A stretch of DNA of 64,000 nucleotides, taken from assembly GCA_004764695.1 (NCBI GenBank), contig SMSO01000032.1:3938483-4002482 (forward strand), in the 5' to 3' direction. This DNA is from Schizochytrium sp. TIO01 (lineage: Eukaryota > Protista > Bigyra: Labyrinthulomycetes). Below the pieces are notes generated by a model. It searched no databases. It was not told where the DNA came from and worked only from the letters and a program-made list of their open reading frames with translations. A program made the translations under genes and the position numbers. The first letter of the stretch is position 1. Every line of letters begins with the position of its first letter. Shown piece after piece: positions 60,385-64,000 of this stretch.

Positions 60385-63300
60385 ATGATGAGTGAACAGC
60401 GTCGTAGCTCTCTCAATGAGGCCATCGTTCAAGGCCTCGAACGTCGAAGGAGCAACTTAAATGAAGCTCTTACCAATGTGATTGACAACATTGCCTTGAA
60501 TCCCTCTCAGAAAAGCCGCTTTGATATTCTCTCTCTATTTTGTACAAAAGCACAACATCGTTCAGTTGTTTTAGGCTCTGTAATTGCAATTTTCTCAATG
60601 ACATTCTACGTTGTCGATACGCTGAGGCTCTCTAACTTTATCAACAATTCGGAGAATAATTTTCATATATCTGTCTTTATTTATGGGAGCACTGGTATTA
60701 TCCTTCTGTTCGACTATATCGCCCTAGGTTTCAAGGAAGCATGGAGACTACCCTACTTACTCACACCTCTCTCATTAGCTGATCTCTCTAGCTCTTTTCC
60801 TGTGACAATCATGAGCGCATATTTTGTTTGGGGTCTAGATGCTGCTACGAAAGCTCATAATTGTCAAAACCACCTGTGCTATAGAGTCCTGAACACAATT
60901 CATGTTTTAACTGTGCTCAGGTTATTTAAGCTTTTGCGAGTTACAGCCATGATTAATGACGAGGCAACACGTAGAGCTTATTCCTTCCTGATTCAGATTA
61001 CATCTCTCGTTATGGTGTTTTCTGCTATTATTGCGTCACTTGAGGATATTTCATTTCCAGAAGCATTCTATTTTTCAATTGTTTCTATTACAACTGTTGG
61101 ATTCGGTGACGTGGCCGTCACAACTCCAGTTGCAAGGTTAACTGTGATTGCCTTGCTTCTGACAACTATGATCATGATACCTATGGCTTCGCATAATCTA
61201 TTTCAGCAACACAAAAACTTGAACTCATCTAATAGTCAAAATCCAAATACTACATCCAATGCAATAACAACATCCATTCCGAGCGGGATGGGGGCTGAAC
61301 GCAAGATGAGTAGTGCAAAACAAATGAATTCAAAACGTCGCACAGGAAGCCACATCATTCTCTGCGGGTCTATCAACACTGGACTATACAAATTTTTTGA
61401 GGAATACTTTCATTCGGATCATGGCCTTGAAAAAAAGTCGAAGGTCATTCTAATATCCAATGATATGCAGGCAAAGCTTGCACTTCGCATGGTTTCCCAC
61501 TCTCTTGAACGGGCTCATTTGCTACGATTTCTCCCTGGGATGGGATTTCAAGGGAGTATTCTTGAAAGAGCTGGTCTACGGAATGCCAAAGCAATATACA
61601 TTCTAGGATCTGATCAAACACATGACGCAGATAGCGATGATCGACAAACACTTCTTATTGCGTTTGCTGCATTCGAGCGTCTCAAATCTAGACTTAGTGT
61701 GCTCTCGGCGTTTTTGAGCGAAAACGCGAATGGGCCACTTGCATGGGATCACCATGAGGTACATTGCCTAGATATGTACATAAAAGTTCTAACGCAGAGG
61801 AGTCGAAAAACTTTGGAGGAGCTGTTATTGCGCGACGAAACGCGCGTTCTTAAAGATCATGTAAACATTCTCTGTGTAGAAGAAACCAAAATGCAAATTC
61901 TTGCTAACTCCTGTCTCTGCCCTGGATTTAGCACGTTCATCAGTAATCTCTGTAGATCTGTAAGCTCAAGGACCTTGGAGATCATTGAGGCAGACACAAA
62001 CACGGGAGAACAAAACGTATGCGAGATTTCTTGGTATCATGAATATATCCACGGGGCAGCTTACGAGATATATCAAGTTCCATTGGGCACGGCATTCACT
62101 GATCTCACATTCTCTGAGCTAGCGCTGATTATGTACGAAGAGATAGGAGTTCTTGTTATAGGGGTAAGCTTGGAGATCGATAAAAACGTAGATGCACAAG
62201 TGCTCCTAAATCCTGGGAAGCATTCAAAATTAAACCCTCAGAACCACCGAGTAAAGGTTTTTGTCATCGCTCAGGACCGAACAGAAGCTGAAATTTTCAC
62301 CATAGAAGCCGCTCCGGTGAAACTTGGTCGGCCTGCTGTCTCTAAAAGTACTATTAAGCGAGCCTTGAGTCGACAGTTTACAAATACAAAGCGTACTTTG
62401 GCTGGCACAACGAAGTTAGCTAAGAATTTTCCAAACGCAAAGATGTTTGCTCGCAAAAGCTCGCGTTTAAATTCTGCAAAAAGATTACGCGCGACCTTGC
62501 GAAGTCAAAGTGCAGCAAGTATGGGATCTTTCAATGGCCGTCGCACAGTATCATCTGAGAATTCAAACATCGCACCAGAGAAATCGTCATCTACTGTTGA
62601 TAAGCAAGATTTGGTGTTTGAGAATCTTGCTGGGCGCATTCGACGCCGAGTCAGAAAAGCTCTTGACCACAGTCATACGATACGCCCAGGAGATTCGTTG
62701 AACAACTCAGGCAAGATTACATCAGAATCCAAGCGCATCATAACAAATCGCGAAACTGGGTTCAAAATCACCACTAGTCCTAAGAACGCTGATACACGAA
62801 TATCAAATTTCAATTTTGATACTGTTGGAGTAGAAAAATATCAAACGTCGTCTTTCAAAGGTCGAGACATAGGCGTCCCGCTTATGGATGAGCTAACTGA
62901 AGAGAGTACGAAAGAGGCAATAACTGTTGCTCTATCAGAAGAAGAGACGACAAACGTGGTCAATACGCTAGATGATCACGACAATGAACTGAAGGTCCAG
63001 GATAGTGCTACTTCCCTCCCATTACAACATCAAGATGATACGTTATCTTTGCCTTCACAACCATCTTTCCATAAGGAAAATCATCAGCTCTTTGGGGTTT
63101 CAAAAGAGATTCTTGGACAACGCTACGCGATTCTAGATCAACCTGTCCAACTGCAAGATGTAATAGTAAAAACTCTTCTGAGGCACGACTTTCCCCACGT
63201 AAAGGAACACATCATTCTTTATGCCGAGGGTTCGGACTGTAGCGAGTTTATCTTACAAGTACGCAAGCACCGTCATCAAGGTGTGATTCCTGTAGTTATA

Positions 63301-64000
63301 CTGACTCGAAACCCTCTTCGGTACCAGACATGGCTGCGTATTTGCCATTTCCCTCAAGTATATATTGTTGAAGGCCCTGCGCAGCTTGTCTCAACTTGGC
63401 ATCGTGCAGGAGTACGATTTGCATCACATGTTATTCTGGCGGCCACACCCTGCAATCACGAGGGGGAAGAAGATAATTACGCTAGCGAGGGAAACGCCGA
63501 CTCTGGCCCAACTTTTAAGTCACGCGGTGGTGACGAGGATACTTTGTTTCTATATAATTTGATCAATCGCGAAAACCGTCGAGTTCGAATCAGCTGTGTG
63601 CTGCAGAACCCTACAAATGTAAAGTTTATGCACCGATCCACTGATGTAGTACACAACATATCAGCTCTAGATCCTGGGGAGCAGATTATGATGTTCCCTT
63701 CAGTAGCATCAGGTACTGTTCTATGCGGGGATCTTTTTGATACTATTATGGCTCAAACTAATTACAATCCGCACCTTCTCCGAGTGTTGCAGCTTCTCCT
63801 TTGTGGTGGCTCTTTAGCAGACCAACTGAATCAAGGCATGCTAGACTCTCGATTCTTTGCTGTAGATGTGACTTTAGAAATGAGTGAGCGGACGTATGGT
63901 GAAGTTTTTGCAATTTTTTGCTCTTATGGGATTTTACCTGTCTGCCTGACAAGAGGCACGGCAGATGGAATGTTATCTGCACCAATGGGTAATTCTCAAT
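60385..64000 (+). CDS. Slo/BK-family potassium channel (6TM plus two RCK domains), 3'-truncated by the window end
   Basis: Manual translation of spot-checked segments, all in one frame: S4 VLRLFKLLR; pore SITTVGFGD (about 61084-61110); RCK1 HIILCGSI and KMQILANSCLCPGFSTFISNL, WYHEYIHGAAYEIY; RCK2 ASGTVLCGDLFDTIMAQTNYNP. No stop seen, which would explain its absence from the ORF track. Confidence 0.9.
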   Translation, partial: MMSEQRRSSLNEAIVQGLERRRSNLNEALTNVIDNIALNPSQKSRFDILSLFCTKAQHRSVVLGSVIAIFSMTFYVVDTLRLSNFINNSENNFHISVFIYGSTGIILLFDYIALGFKEAWRLPYLLTPLSLADLSSSFPVTIMSAYFVWGLDAATKAHNCQNHLCYRVLNTIHVLTVLRLFKLLRVTAMINDEATRRAYSFLIQITSLVMVFSAIIASLEDISFPEAFYFSIVSITTVGFGDVAVTTPVARLTVIALLLTTMIMIPMASHNLFQQHKNLNSSNSQNPNTTSNAITTSIPSGMGAERKMSSAKQMNSKRRTGSHIILCGSINTGLYKFFEEYFHSDHGLEKKSKVILISNDMQAKLALRMVSHSLERAHLLRFLPGMGFQGSILERAGLRNAKAIYILGSDQTHDADSDDRQTLLIAFAAFERLKSRLSVLSAFLSENANGPLAWDHHEVHCLDMYIKVLTQRSRKTLEELLLRDETRVLKDHVNILCVEETKMQILANSCLCPGFSTFISNLCRSVSSRTLEIIEADTNTGEQNVCEISWYHEYIHGAAYEIYQVPLGTAFTDLTFSELALIMYEEIGVLVIGVSLEIDKNVDAQVLLNPGKHSKLNPQNHRVKVFVIAQDRTEAEIFTIEAAPVKLGRPAVSKSTIKRALSRQFTNTKRTLAGTTKLAKNFPNAKMFARKSSRLNSAKRLRATLRSQSAASMGSFNGRRTVSSENSNIAPEKSSSTVDKQDLVFENLAGRIRRRVRKALDHSHTIRPGDSLNNSGKITSESKRIITNRETGFKITTSPKNADTRISNFNFDTVGVEKYQTSSFKGRDIGVPLMDELTEESTKEAITVALSEEETTNVVNTLDDHDNELKVQDSATSLPLQHQDDTLSLPSQPSFHKENHQLFGVSKEILGQRYAILDQPVQLQDVIVKTLLRHDFPHVKEHIILYAEGSDCSEFILQVRKHRHQGVIPVVILTRNPLRYQTWLRICHFPQVYIVEGPAQLVSTWHRAGVRFASHVILAATPCNHEGEEDNYASEGNADSGPTFKSRGGDEDTLFLYNLINRENRRVRISCVLQNPTNVKFMHRSTDVVHNISALDPGEQIMMFPSVASGTVLCGDLFDTIMAQTNYNPHLLRVLQLLLCGGSLADQLNQGMLDSRFFAVDVTLEMSERTYGEVFAIFCSYGILPVCLTRGTADGMLSAPMGNSQ

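Noticed and set aside
1-64000. tRNA, snRNA (U1/U2/U5/U6), rRNA, CRISPR arrays, transposase or viral genes
   Set aside because: Visual motif scan found only partial matches (e.g. TTCGAATCC on the minus strand at about 10577, CAGAGAAGAT at about 25078) without the supporting structure; tRNAscan-SE and cmscan would be decisive

Overview
Eukaryotic nuclear DNA: gene-dense and intron-poor, with GT-AG introns carrying CTAAC/CTGAC branch points and AT-rich, microsatellite-bearing intergenic spacers. Gene style is compatible with a stramenopile such as a thraustochytrid, but this is inference only. I can support about 22 protein-coding genes. Recognisable ones are SLBP (its RNA-binding exon is missed by the ORF track), an ADF/cofilin-fold protein, eIF3m, mitoribosomal mS38, a double-PH protein, a thioredoxin-UBL-PUB-STI1 fusion, an RNF115/126-like RING E3, a tandem chorismate-lyase-like protein, FAM210-like, PP4 catalytic subunit, DRG2, a degenerate class II photolyase-like protein, Pol III RPC5, an EF-hand/LRR protein and a Slo-family K+ channel that runs off the right end (absent from the ORF track). 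No tRNA, rRNA, CRISPR or intact mobile element was seen. Best leads: (1) the Trx-UBL-PUB-STI1 protein ends in its own p97-like PUB-interacting motif; (2) an apparently FAD-dead photolyase fused to an SQ/TQ cluster; (3) an ADF-H protein with a WASP/WAVE-like acidic DDW tail; (4) a tandem Rv2949c/UbiC-like protein; (5) a Slo channel lacking the Ca-bowl, head-to-head with a four-EF-hand LRR gene. All family calls come from recalled motifs, not database searches.
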